From the IMG/VR virus record IMGVR_UViG_3300048597_000634, positions 141,545-205,544 of that record: a stretch of DNA of 64,000 nucleotides; one strand, written 5' to 3'. This document shows positions 32,094-42,600 of the stretch, piece after piece. The notes under the pieces are model-generated. The model was given only the letters and a program-made list of their open reading frames with translations. It made no database searches and was not told the DNA's origin. Position 1 is the stretch's first letter, and the number at the start of each line of letters is the position of its first letter. A program made the translations under genes and the position numbers.

Positions 32094-32471
32094 TGGGTTA
32101 TTTATAAAGCTCGTCATATATTGGTAAGTCTGACGATAAGTCTGCGTCATTACCTATGACTAAGTAATTTAAACCTTCACGGCGCGCCGCCACTATTAAC
32201 TCAGCAAACTTATCTGTGAATCCGGCGGCTCTTAACAATAAATAAACATCATAGTCGAGAAATCGCTCGTCATGCTGCATCAAATAAACAATGCCTAGAT
32301 GAATCTTAACTGAGTAGTCTTCTTCAAACCATTCGAATGTGGTGTAAGCTTCACAGTCATCAGACTTCAGTTTCTTCTGTTGTTTGGCTAAGTCTAGACA
32401 TAGTTTCCAATCAGCAGGCTGGATATGGAAGGGATTTAAGTGTCCAGCCATTAAGTTTTTAAACGTGGGCA

Positions 32472-32944
32472 TTAAAATAAATCCCGCTTTGCTTTGATGT
32501 GGTTGATTGCATCATTTAACACTTGGTCAAAGGTGCCGTCGTTAATGAAGTGAGCTTGAATGCGGGCCAACACCTCGTTAATCTCTATTGGTGTAGGGTG
32601 GGGGCAGCCCCGCTCAGTGAAGTCTTCTTTGTCTAAGAAGAGGATTGGTAGTGGTGTGGAAAGGTTAGGGGCGGCGGCGGTCGGTTGAGTCATTGTAGTT
32701 ATAGATAAAGGAAACGCATCAGGGGGCTGGCTGATTATTGTTTACGCTTCGCTTTGATGTGGCTAATAGCTTCACTAACTACTTGGTCAAACGTTCCGTC
32801 ATCAATAAAATAAGTTTGGATGTAGTCCACCACCTCTTCAATTTCTGTAGATGTAGGGTTAAGGCATTCTTGTTCGACAAAGTCCGCATTGTCTAGGAAT
32901 AAAACAGGTACCGGGTTAAATAGGCTAGTAGTCGGTTGAGTCAT
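32472..32944 (-). CDS. tandem pair of paralogous small acidic proteins (32472-32693 and 32735-32944)
   Basis: Both read MTQPT...P.LFLD..DF.E..C..PT..EI.EV...IQ..FI.DGTFDQV...AI.HIKAKR. Confidence 0.7.
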
Positions 32945-35713
32945 TGTTTGTAATAGTAAAGTGAAGCCTCTTACATATAGTAAGAGGCGGGGGCGAGGCA
33001 GTTAACAGCCCGGTTTGGGCTTAGGTTTTCCTTTCTTAGGCATAGCTTTGCATGTAGTAGGTACAAGACTAGCTTAACCTTGCATCAGCTTTTCCCAATG
33101 CTCAGCTTCTTGATAGAACCCATTAGGGCGCCAAGGGCGGGCATCTCTAGACGCATACTTACTGGTGCCCGGCAATCCTCGACTTAAGGTAAGCATTGTA
33201 GAATACACATCCTTAGCCACCTTTTGCTTAGCTTCTGCGTCTTCACTGCCCCCGCCAATAGCGCCTTCCCAATCCTTATGGAACGGCAAATCTAATTGGT
33301 CTTCTAGGTGAGCAATGTACAGATACAGAACGTGAATAGCTTTGCTATATTCGTGGACGCAGCTAATGAGTCTATGAGTAGCTTCATCACAGACCTTGGA
33401 CTCCGGCAATATCTGCTCTGGCGTTAACTCGATGGGTTGTGGGGCTTGGGCGGAAGAGCGGCGGCGGGTACGGCGCTGACGGGGTGGGTCGGCGGTAGGC
33501 TGAGGTTTAGATGGCATGGATGGTTAGTTGTGGTCTGGTAGATAAGCGACGTCAAAGGGGCCGGTGCTAATAGCTTCCCATTGTCTAGTGATTTCTCCGT
33601 TGGGTTCACAATAGGTAAACCGTTGGAATTGAATGGGTTGCTTTGCTTGAGTCCCAAAGTCAATGGTAACTATATTAGCGTTGGGCTGGGGTTCTTCTAC
33701 CACGTAACCATATACAGCTTTTTCATCTACTACGTCTTCTAACCCATCGAAGGATTCTACGCAGTCGACACTAATGAATATAGCTTTGACTTTGGCGCCG
33801 CGCTTAAGTGAAGGTGAGGCGGTAGCTATCTGAAGGAATGGAGTCATATATTTCTAATGTGAGTTGGCAGGTTATGGTTTCAGCTACGACTTCTGCCCTG
33901 GCATTGATATAGGCAGTGGCTATTATATAGCCGAATAGTGGTTTACCTTGGGCTTCTACTCGATGTAGTTGGTCATCAACGGTTATATGGACGCCGCGGC
34001 TAATGGTCTTTTTATGTACGAGGCGCTTGGCGAGCATCTTTTAGGGCTTCTAATTCTGTTACTAATCCTTTGGCGTATAGAATTGCGCGGTCTAGTGCTT
34101 GACCATACGCGTCGTCTATATCTTTAGCACGGACAACGGCGGCATCCGCGAGGAACTCGTTGGTCTTACAGTTTCTACCAATGAATTCGACTCTGTATTT
34201 GTTTATACCTTTAGTCTTATAAACGTGTATAGAAGACCAGAATGATTCACTAACGCCAGGTATTGACCAGTTAAGGTGCTCTAAGATGTGATTATCTATT
34301 TTCATTACTGACCACCCACCGCTTCTTCTGCTAACTTGGTCAGCCCACCAGCAACCAGGGCAATTAACCGTAATGTAGCCGCGCGGTCGCCATTACGAAT
34401 GTCTTCCATATAGGAGTCTACATCAACTGATGGGTCTTCACTTAGGGCTAGTAACTTAACGTTCTGGTTAGCAGTGTGGTTATCAGGGTCATCAGCGGCG
34501 CAATATACGGCAACGCAAGACGCAGAATGTAGGTCTATGAGTTCTTCCTGAGAGCCGTCCGGTAAGGTAATGACGGGGCGGTCTTTGGTCATTAAGCTGC
34601 TCTTGAATTGCTTAGGGTTGAGGTTTAGTGTGGTCATTGGTTGAGTTCTCAGTGTTTATGGTTGGCTTCGCTCTCACTGCTCATATGGTCAGTCTCCGGC
34701 AGCATTTCCAATAATAGGTCTGATAGCCAAGGTGTGTTAAATGTGATGCTTATGGGGCCGATGATTAAGCAAATAGCACTCAGGTCTTCTTCTGGCGGGG
34801 TGACAATACACATAGCTATCAAACCAACATACCGCCCGCCGCTCTTGTTAGTAACCCACCATACTCCGTCGGAGGCCCAGTCGAACTTAATTAGTGGAAT
34901 GTGCGCCTTAATGTTGAAGAACGGGACTTTCTCTAGCTTAGTCTTGGTCATTGTCTTTGTCTTTGCCAGTTAGGCTGTAGTTTAGTCAGTACCGTCTTCA
35001 TTTAGTAAAGGCTCGGAGCCGACTAATTCTAGGTTACCTAGCTCCGACCCTATTAGTGTTTTGGCGACCACGTGGGCTTCTTTTAGTAATGTTGTGGGGT
35101 CTTGGTGGACGCTGTAGATATCAAACCTTAATACGAAATGGTGGATGTATTCTTTGGGTCGGTAATGTTGAAGCCAGGCGCGGGCACTATCTGCATCTAC
35201 AGTGACTTCATATCCAGTATCAGCTTTATTGTAGGCGTAGAAGAGCTCCGAAGTCCTAGTTTCCATGTAATACTCAGCTAAATATTTAGCTTCTCTGCAG
35301 TATTTCCAACTGTTAGCCTCTAAAGCTTGTAATTGCTCTTTGGTTAAGGACTCAAAAGCTTCTGTGCAGTCAAAGCGGAAGTCAACGTCAATACTATTAG
35401 TAGTAAAACAACGGGCGGTGACTCTAGGACCATCAGGTATTGACTCAGTCATGCTGGTCATTACGTTGTAAGTTAATTTTGGCATGGTAGTACGTTATTT
35501 TTCGTTGTGGTTTTCAGGCTTGGATATAGCTCCAAGCGCTAGCGTCTTTGTCTTTTAGTCTTTTACAGAAATGTCTGGCTTCTTTAAGCGTTTCAAATAC
35601 GGTTAGAGCACTAAAACAGGACTCATGGTAATAGAGTCCCCAGAATTTGCCGCCGTAGTACGGATAATAATCCCACTTAAGGTAGAATCCATGACACTCT
35701 TGGTCTTGTCTTG

Positions 35714-36083
35714 TCATATCAAACCATCCTTTATTAATTTGCGTTCGATATTGTCACATACTGCTCCACATAATCCAAAGATATTTGAAATCGTATTTAG
35801 ATTTACTTTATGGAACACTGCCCGCAGAATGCGTTGCAGCACAGAATAACTACACTCTACAGGCAGGCTATAATCATATGCTTTACGAACGGTCTGTTTG
35901 TTGAGCATATAACCTCTTTGCTATTGTGATATCAATAGCCTTGCAAAGTAGATAAGTCTGTGAAATGCGACTGAAACCGGTCAAACGGAATAATGCCTGT
36001 AGAGTTCGCTGCTTCACAGATTCATGCACAACTGTTGGTCGTGTAAAGGCATATGGTTTACGGACAGTGAGTTTGCTTAGCAT
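35714..36083 (-). other. pair of paralogous MLxK ORFs
   Basis: MLNKQTVRKAY and MLSKLTVRKPY, both with SV.QR.L.A.F. Confidence 0.7.
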
Positions 36084-37066
36084 TGCGGCGTGACGATTAG
36101 ATTACAACTACCTCCAAATACTACCGTTAACGCAGCAATCACAGCTTCTGCTTCTTCTTGGCTGTTAAACACGTCAGCCTCATTATTGTTGCTGGTCCAG
36201 CTAACCCAACCTTCTTGTCGGTTAAGGTAGTCACCATTGAACATAATGTAATAGCCGGCGGCTTTGAAGTAAATAGCCTTGTCTTTAAACACTTTCTGCA
36301 GAGCCAAAGCTTCATCCAAATTAAACAGGGTAGCTTCAGATTTATAGGTGAAGTGGATGGAACTTTCACCTAATACGGCGTAAGCAGTTTCTTCCCGGTC
36401 ATCACCGTAGTCATAGCACACGTAGAGCTTTGTCTTAGGTATTGCGTCTTCGCTGACTACTTCAGCCTTAATGGTCTCACGCTCTGGGTTGTTGTACTTA
36501 TTAAACAAATCAGTGAACGCTTCGTTTGCAATGTCTTTTAGTTTGCGTCCTTGCTGCTTAGCTAACTCTTTGATTTGAGAGTGTATGTTACGACTAGCTA
36601 ATACACCGCCGGCGTCGGCATGAAGATATATGTAATCCTTTTCCTTCTTAGTAGTTATAGTAGTTCCACCGTTCATATAGACCAGCTTGTTGCTATGTAG
36701 AGTAAGGCCGTGACGCTTAACGATATAGGCTACTTGGCTTTTGACTTGATTGATGGGCTCTAACAGTTCTTCACTGGTATTGTCGGTGTTGTATAGGTGT
36801 AAGCACATCATGCTTAGCCATTCTGAGTATTTGAACGGCTCTTGCCGGCTACTAACAATATCTCCTTTAATTTTTATGCGCCGCCGAATGTAATTAATGG
36901 CATTAATCAAATGGGTGCGGGTAATTTCTTTGAGGAGTATGCCTTCTGGGAAGTGATGGGACGACCAAGTCAGATTGCCGGTGATGGTTAACAGTTCTTC
37001 CCTGGTGTAATTATTACGGTGTAGTTGGCTCATGATTAAGTTTTGGGGTTTGGGATTTGGGTTCAT
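36077..37066 (-). CDS. hypothetical protein
   Basis: 329-aa ORF; internal ribbon-helix-helix-like segment (IHSQIKELAKQQGRKLKDIANEAFTDLFNKY). Confidence 0.6.
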   Translation of the reverse strand: MNPNPKPQNLIMSQLHRNNYTREELLTITGNLTWSSHHFPEGILLKEITRTHLINAINYIRRRIKIKGDIVSSRQEPFKYSEWLSMMCLHLYNTDNTSEELLEPINQVKSQVAYIVKRHGLTLHSNKLVYMNGGTTITTKKEKDYIYLHADAGGVLASRNIHSQIKELAKQQGRKLKDIANEAFTDLFNKYNNPERETIKAEVVSEDAIPKTKLYVCYDYGDDREETAYAVLGESSIHFTYKSEATLFNLDEALALQKVFKDKAIYFKAAGYYIMFNGDYLNRQEGWVSWTSNNNEADVFNSQEEAEAVIAALTVVFGGSCNLIVTPQC

Positions 37067-37110
37067 ATAAATAACCCGGACTGGTTAGGCCCGGGCATTG
37101 CTGCTAACTA

Positions 37111-37752
37111 TTAGAACATAGATGGAACCATTTGCCTGGCATCATAGGCACGTAGCTTATGTACCTCGGCCTCTAGTTCGGTTATGCGAGTATAGGCTAC
37201 TTCTAGTTCTTTCTCAGTCATGTTTAGCTTTACCTGCACAGACTCTAGCGCCTCTTTGAGTTGTTCTTTGGTAGGGCCCGGCGTCTTCTTAGGTTCTTGT
37301 TCTTCCCAATAAAGGTCTAACGTTAGCGTGTCGGGGTCACAACCCTGTGCTACTTTCTCTTTGTACCAGCGTATGATTCGCAGGGTTCTGGCAAGCCTCA
37401 TACTATTAGCTAATGTTTTCTCATTAGATGTGTCTTGCATGCCTAGCTTAAGAACGATATCCCAATTCTCCGCTAGGGTGATGTAGTCATATGCATATGT
37501 CTTTCTTACTCCACTAACCCCGCTTTTAACGTAATCATCAAATGAAGTAAAGGTCCCTAAGTCTGTGGTTACAGGATTTTTTGTGCTGGCGCCTGCCTCT
37601 CTTAACTTTGTCCTAATAGCTATTAGAGCGTCACCCGCTGCTTTTAGCGCCGCTATAGCTTCTATACGTTTTAATTGAGACTCTCGAAACTTAGCGTCGT
37701 GTTCGCTAACCATAGTGCCGACCAGTAGATTTTCTTGTGATATACTTAACAT
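37111..37752 (-). CDS. paralog family A member 3
   Basis: AYDYITLAENWDIVLKL...RTLRIIRWYK.K...G.DPDTLTLDLYW...GP.K is nearly identical to the motifs in 28930. Confidence 0.75.
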   Translation of the reverse strand: MLSISQENLLVGTMVSEHDAKFRESQLKRIEAIAALKAAGDALIAIRTKLREAGASTKNPVTTDLGTFTSFDDYVKSGVSGVRKTYAYDYITLAENWDIVLKLGMQDTSNEKTLANSMRLARTLRIIRWYKEKVAQGCDPDTLTLDLYWEEQEPKKTPGPTKEQLKEALESVQVKLNMTEKELEVAYTRITELEAEVHKLRAYDARQMVPSMF

Positions 37753-37774
37753 AGCTTATGTGTTGATAGACGAT

Positions 37775-37888
37775 TCACGTTCGCAACTCCGAACGTGACT
37801 AATAGACTAACACACTGCCATGTAAAATGGCGTTAAAAATATGCATATTTTTAGACTATAAAAGCGGGCTGCTAACTAAGTCCGCTTT
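37775..37888 (-). promoter_or_regulatory. terminator hairpin, -10 boxes, 20-bp palindrome and 9-bp inverted repeat upstream of 37752
   Basis: Hairpin AAAGCGG...CCGCTTT at 37861-37888; TAAAAATATGCATATTTTTA at 37834-37853; minus-strand TGTTAGTCT at 37812-37804; IR at 37775-37783/37790-37798. Confidence 0.55.
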
Positions 37889-39057
37889 TATCTTTAGGTC
37901 TCACTCTTCATTTTCTACCAGTTCCCAGCTGATCACTTCGTCATCGTCTGATAGGTACTTCACTTCACCGGACATTATCTTACCGAAATCTATCAACGAA
38001 CAATAATAGTAAATACTTTCATCACAGATGCCGAAGGTGTCTAGCTCGGCGGCTTCTATGTATTCTCCGAAGCTGACATAGACTGTTTTAATACTCCCCT
38101 GTGCTTTCTTAATTGCGCACCAGGCGCCGCGGTATTGGACCTTAGCTTTTGACATCTTGCGGTAGCTACTCAGTTGGTCTAGTACGTACTCTGCTAGTAT
38201 CCAATCTGGAGTGTCCAGCTCGTTGTCTATGCTATGCGTGTTGATCGTAGTGGCCAGGTCTTTATAGAAATCGCTGCCTGGTTGTAATTTGTTATTCATC
38301 ATTCAAGTTAGTTAAAGTTTGTTTATTCACGTCTTACCTCCTTCAATGCCAGCCATTTAGTAACCTTTTGAGTCTTAGTCCACGGCTCTGAGACGCCAGC
38401 GATTATCTTAGCTTTAGCTCTAGAAGACGTTTCTCTAACAATGCCCACTAAGTCAAATAAAATCTTTGTCAATTTAATATTCCAATCAGTAGCTCTTATG
38501 TAGGTGACTGGCAGTCTATTGCAATGCCCTCTTAGGCTTTCATTAATCCTATGTAGAGTTTGCTTATTCATGGTTGGGGGCGTCGCTAGGGCGCAGCACT
38601 AGAGTTTTGTGATGCAAGGTGTTAAGTTTACCTAGCGTTTTTGTTGGATTGGTTTTGGAGGTAATCCTGGCGTTCGGTGCGGGGTCAACGTAAATCCTAG
38701 ACGATTTACACTCTCTGGGCTTTTTATACGGTACCAAGGATAATAACCGTATTTAGAGCCCCAAGTGTCCATTACAAAGCTTGTTAAGGCGCGCCTAATT
38801 CTCCAAGAAAAAGGATACTTTTTAGAGGTGTCACTGGGTGGAAGCTTAAGTTTAGTTAGCATTACAACAAATGTCTATTACTTAATATTCTAAGTGTCTA
38901 AAATACTTCTCCTGAGACATTACGCCTTTGATTTATTTCTACCGCACGGGCAATCTTCACTTGTCTTACGTGGACCAGAAGATTATTTACCACAGTGGAA
39001 AGACAGCAAAGGTTCTCTATTTTGCTGTTGGTTTTTGTTTGGCGTTTAGTTAACATA

Positions 39058-40347
39058 TCAAGTCTGTGACAAGTAATTTTTAATCCACTGCAGGCGCTGC
39101 TGTTCATCTAGGGCAGTAAACTCTTCGACGTTCTCCCGCACGTAGTCCACCAATGGGTAGTATTCTTCATCGACTACCTTCTTAAACCCTTCAGTCATAA
39201 TCTTAGAGGTGTCAGGGTTGCGGGCCAACCACTTGTTAGTCAAGTAGTAGGGGCTTTTAACCTTGGCGCTGACACCCTGCTTCGTGTAAAAGACATAGCC
39301 TTCGTGGGTGACAGTCTTAACCTTTTCCAGGAGCTCTCCGACGGTGGTGTGGTGGTGAGACACTGCAGTGGTGCCAAGCATGCGACTGAACTCGTCGAGT
39401 TGCTTGGGGTCTGCCTTAGGTTTGGAGTCCCAGTCTTTGGTGCGGACTGCTAGCAGGTAAAGACCTGGTTCTTCTCGAACAATGTGAGGATCTTCTGGGC
39501 TGACGCACTCAAAGATGAAGCTTTTATTCTGGTAGGAGAAGCAAAGTTCCTTGAGTTGTGCCTCGATGCCTTGGGCTCTGATCACATCCCAACCGTAGCC
39601 TACAAACTTAGAAGTCAGAGAGCCTGTAGTGGATAGGAGCAGTTTATCGTTGTGCCACGTCACACATAACATAAAGCCATTGACCTTACGGAAGGCGGTC
39701 ACCTTGGTGTCAAGGTCTAGCACAGGCGCTTCCTTTTCTACTCCGTAGTTGTAGATCTTGATTAGCGGTAAGGAGATGGGGTTGTAGTCTTCATCCACGA
39801 CAGCACCACGGCACATCTCCAGATAAGGATTCCAGTGCCAACCGTAATACACCTTCTTAGTGTATTTGAGGACATAAAGTCCGTCGTGAGCAGCGGTGCG
39901 GCGCACCCATTTAGGGTTGTTCTCCACATACTGCTTCAGCCCCGCTTGGTTGAACGGGATGTCGTCGGCAATGTCGTGCTCGAAGCGCTCCCGCATACTT
40001 TTCATAGTGCCTGCTGGAATGTCATGCACAGAACCAAAGTTGTTTTGGCATTCAATAACCTGAGGCACGATCTTAAACTCTTTAGCCAGGTCGAAGTAGG
40101 GACGCAGTTCCCATTTGGTGGTAAAGGTGTTGGAGACCACGGCATGCTCCCCTTCAGCTAGCCACGCTCTGGTGCGGGCTAAACAGTCAGCGTGAGCTTC
40201 TTTTAGTTTGTCTCGGTCGAACTTGTAACCGTCTTCTGTGTTGAAGTATTGGTCGGCTTCAAATACTTGGCCGTCGGCACTCGCTAGAGTATGGGCTAGG
40301 GTGGTTTTTCCAGACCCTGGCAGTCCTCGAATGATAGTTAATTTCAT
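39058..40347 (-). CDS. polynucleotide kinase (P-loop) fused to T4 Rnl1-type RNA ligase
   Basis: RGLPGSGKTT...EADQYF...VVSNTF, followed by MCRG, RKVNG, FIFE, EGYV and KVKSPYY. Confidence 0.85.
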   Translation of the reverse strand: MKLTIIRGLPGSGKTTLAHTLASADGQVFEADQYFNTEDGYKFDRDKLKEAHADCLARTRAWLAEGEHAVVSNTFTTKWELRPYFDLAKEFKIVPQVIECQNNFGSVHDIPAGTMKSMRERFEHDIADDIPFNQAGLKQYVENNPKWVRRTAAHDGLYVLKYTKKVYYGWHWNPYLEMCRGAVVDEDYNPISLPLIKIYNYGVEKEAPVLDLDTKVTAFRKVNGFMLCVTWHNDKLLLSTTGSLTSKFVGYGWDVIRAQGIEAQLKELCFSYQNKSFIFECVSPEDPHIVREEPGLYLLAVRTKDWDSKPKADPKQLDEFSRMLGTTAVSHHHTTVGELLEKVKTVTHEGYVFYTKQGVSAKVKSPYYLTNKWLARNPDTSKIMTEGFKKVVDEEYYPLVDYVRENVEEFTALDEQQRLQWIKNYLSQT

Positions 40348-40719
40348 AATTTCCTCAACACTAATTTCCTTTAAAGGTTTGTTCTTTTCTTACCCAGTCT
40401 TCGATGTAAAGCTTAGTTAAGTCCTCTACCTCTTTCTCTGTGAAGAGGTCTGTTCTCTCGTAATAGGCTTTGACGACTTCGTATAGAGAGGGCTCAAATT
40501 GTAGGTCGTTATCTGGGTCAAAGTCAGCCTTGAGGATGAAAGGGCGAATCTCTGTGAATCTTTTATCCATTGGTTCTTAAGGTTTAAAGTTACAGACTTG
40601 AGAGCGTAGATCTTCGCAGGCGATCTCAAAGCCCATAGAGATGTTAAGTAGACTGGAGATCGCCAGGAGCATCAGCAGGATGATGCTGATAATACAGAGC
40701 TTGACGACAAGTTTCTCAA

Positions 40720-41517
40720 TCATTGAGGTGTAGTATTCCTTTGTGGAGAAGCACCGTCGAAGATTACTTCTACTCTGTTTACAACCTTATTAAAGGAAGG
40801 CATAGGTAGATAGTCAATGTGGTGCCGCTCAATAGGTTTAGTTGGTCGGTACTCGGCGGGTATGTCCGCCATTTCTGCAGGCTCTAGGAGCACTAATTTT
40901 CTTTGTATAAAGCTGCCGCGCTTAAACTGCTCTGGGTAGTCGTTGAAGTTGATGCCATGCTCTTGCCACAGCATCTCTTGTAACTCCTTACTGTTCTTAT
41001 TCTGCATCTGCTTGTGGCTGATACGTGCTCTGGCAGCCATCGAGATTGCATTTCTTGTAGCGTCCAACTCTCTCCAGAGGATGGCGTTGGTGGCTTCTTC
41101 TTTGGTAGGCACGGTAAACGCTCTGCAGTCAAACACAGCGGGGATGTCTACCTTAAAGTTGGGTATATACTCTGGTCGAAGTTGGTTAAACCACGCACTA
41201 GCCGTGGAAGCCAGCACAGAGATTAGCTTTTGTTTCTTCCCCCCAAAGGGGAGCTCTTTTAACAGGTTCTCTTCGTAGAGTACAAGGTTGATCTCATCGG
41301 ACTGGGTGTAGCCAATGCGGGCGTTGGTCTCTGAGACTAACCGTTTAGTAACCTCTACCATCAAGTCGATCAATCTCTGGTCATAGGGACGAGCGAGCCC
41401 TTTAGTAAAACTACTAAAGCACTTGCCGTCTACTCTTACGATGATGGGCAGTAGAGGCAAAAAGCGCCCTTTACTCTCGTAGCCTTTCATCCGATCGCCG
41501 AGGGAATCTTTGTTCAT
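40720..41517 (-). CDS. thg1: Thg1-like 3'-5' nucleotidyltransferase (tRNA-His guanylyltransferase family)
   Basis: DRMKGYE, RVDGKCFSSFT, YTQSDEINL, KLISVLAS, FDCRAF, WRELDATRNAI, FKRG. Confidence 0.9.
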   Translation of the reverse strand: MNKDSLGDRMKGYESKGRFLPLLPIIVRVDGKCFSSFTKGLARPYDQRLIDLMVEVTKRLVSETNARIGYTQSDEINLVLYEENLLKELPFGGKKQKLISVLASTASAWFNQLRPEYIPNFKVDIPAVFDCRAFTVPTKEEATNAILWRELDATRNAISMAARARISHKQMQNKNSKELQEMLWQEHGINFNDYPEQFKRGSFIQRKLVLLEPAEMADIPAEYRPTKPIERHHIDYLPMPSFNKVVNRVEVIFDGASPQRNTTPQ

Positions 41518-41624
41518 AGTTTATTTCCTTAGCATATCTAAAAGCATTCTGTCCTCTAGCGCTTGTCTTAACCCTGTCTTTACTTTCATGTAGGCTTCGT
41601 AGGGGCTATAGCTATAGTTGGTGA

Positions 41625-42104
41625 CTAAAACTGATTCTTTTCTAAGGGTTCTACCCGCTCTTTGGCAGAGGTAGGTATGCTGTACAGCAAAAGTTGGTGT
41701 GTTTCTTTGGGCAGGGGAGTGTTGAGCACTCGCACCTTAATCACCTCGTCGTATTCGTGGGTCCAGTAATAGGTAACGGTCTTCGTTTCTGCTATCAGTA
41801 GGTCTTGGAACACCGGGGCTAGCACATCGTAATAGCTCAGCTCCGGCGACACTTTGATACTTTGGAGGATAGTTCTTAACCCGTATTGGATGTGTGCGAG
41901 GGGAGTAGCGAGCTCATCAATGTGCAAGGGCAGTTTGACGCTCTTTCGCTCTCCGGTGACTACCCTCTGGAAGAGATTGCGGAGCACATACTCCTTTGTT
42001 TCTCCGTAGGGTTTTGGGTAGCGAGTCTCACTTATTTCTAATGCTGCGAAGACTTGGTCGTAGACCTCTTTGTCCACTTGAAAATACTGGTTATCCATAT
42101 GCAA
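41625..42104 (-). CDS. hypothetical protein
   Basis: 159-aa ORF. Confidence 0.55.
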   Translation of the reverse strand: MHMDNQYFQVDKEVYDQVFAALEISETRYPKPYGETKEYVLRNLFQRVVTGERKSVKLPLHIDELATPLAHIQYGLRTILQSIKVSPELSYYDVLAPVFQDLLIAETKTVTYYWTHEYDEVIKVRVLNTPLPKETHQLLLYSIPTSAKERVEPLEKNQF

Positions 42105-42131
42105 CTAAATGGTGGAGAGTGGTCACTAGGC

Positions 42132-42545
42132 TTAGTATAATCGTAAGCGGCGTAGGTGCCGTAATCTTGTTTTCAAGGAGTCATTCCACTCTGCTTCTTC
42201 CTTGGCTCTTATCTTCTCTAGGTTGGCAGCTTTTAGCTTTGCTACGGTGGGTTGGAGGTAGTCTCGCAGTTGATCTAGCGTTTCCTCAATAAGACGATCT
42301 AAATCTGCATGCTCTCTTATCGCGTAGATGTTTCTTTCCTCTACGTGCTCTTTCAGCCCGGGGCTTTGCCAATAGATACTGAGCGTTCCCATGTAGTGGT
42401 CGACACTCAGTTTTAGAAAGGTTACGAGCTCATTTGGGCGGCAACATAGAGTGTCTGCAAGGTCGTCAATCACCATTTTTGCGCTCTTTACCAAGATGTC
42501 TTCGGTAAACGGCGCTATTAACGGAGTGTCTCTATGCATATGCAA
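42132..42545 (-). CDS. hypothetical protein, paralog of 30861-31292
   Basis: Colinear similarity over the full length. Confidence 0.7.
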   Translation of the reverse strand: MHMHRDTPLIAPFTEDILVKSAKMVIDDLADTLCCRPNELVTFLKLSVDHYMGTLSIYWQSPGLKEHVEERNIYAIREHADLDRLIEETLDQLRDYLQPTVAKLKAANLEKIRAKEEAEWNDSLKTRLRHLRRLRLY

Positions 42546-42600
42546 TTAGGAGGATGATCAGAGTAGCCAATAGAATAGCCCAAAAGGTATCTTTCATTGG

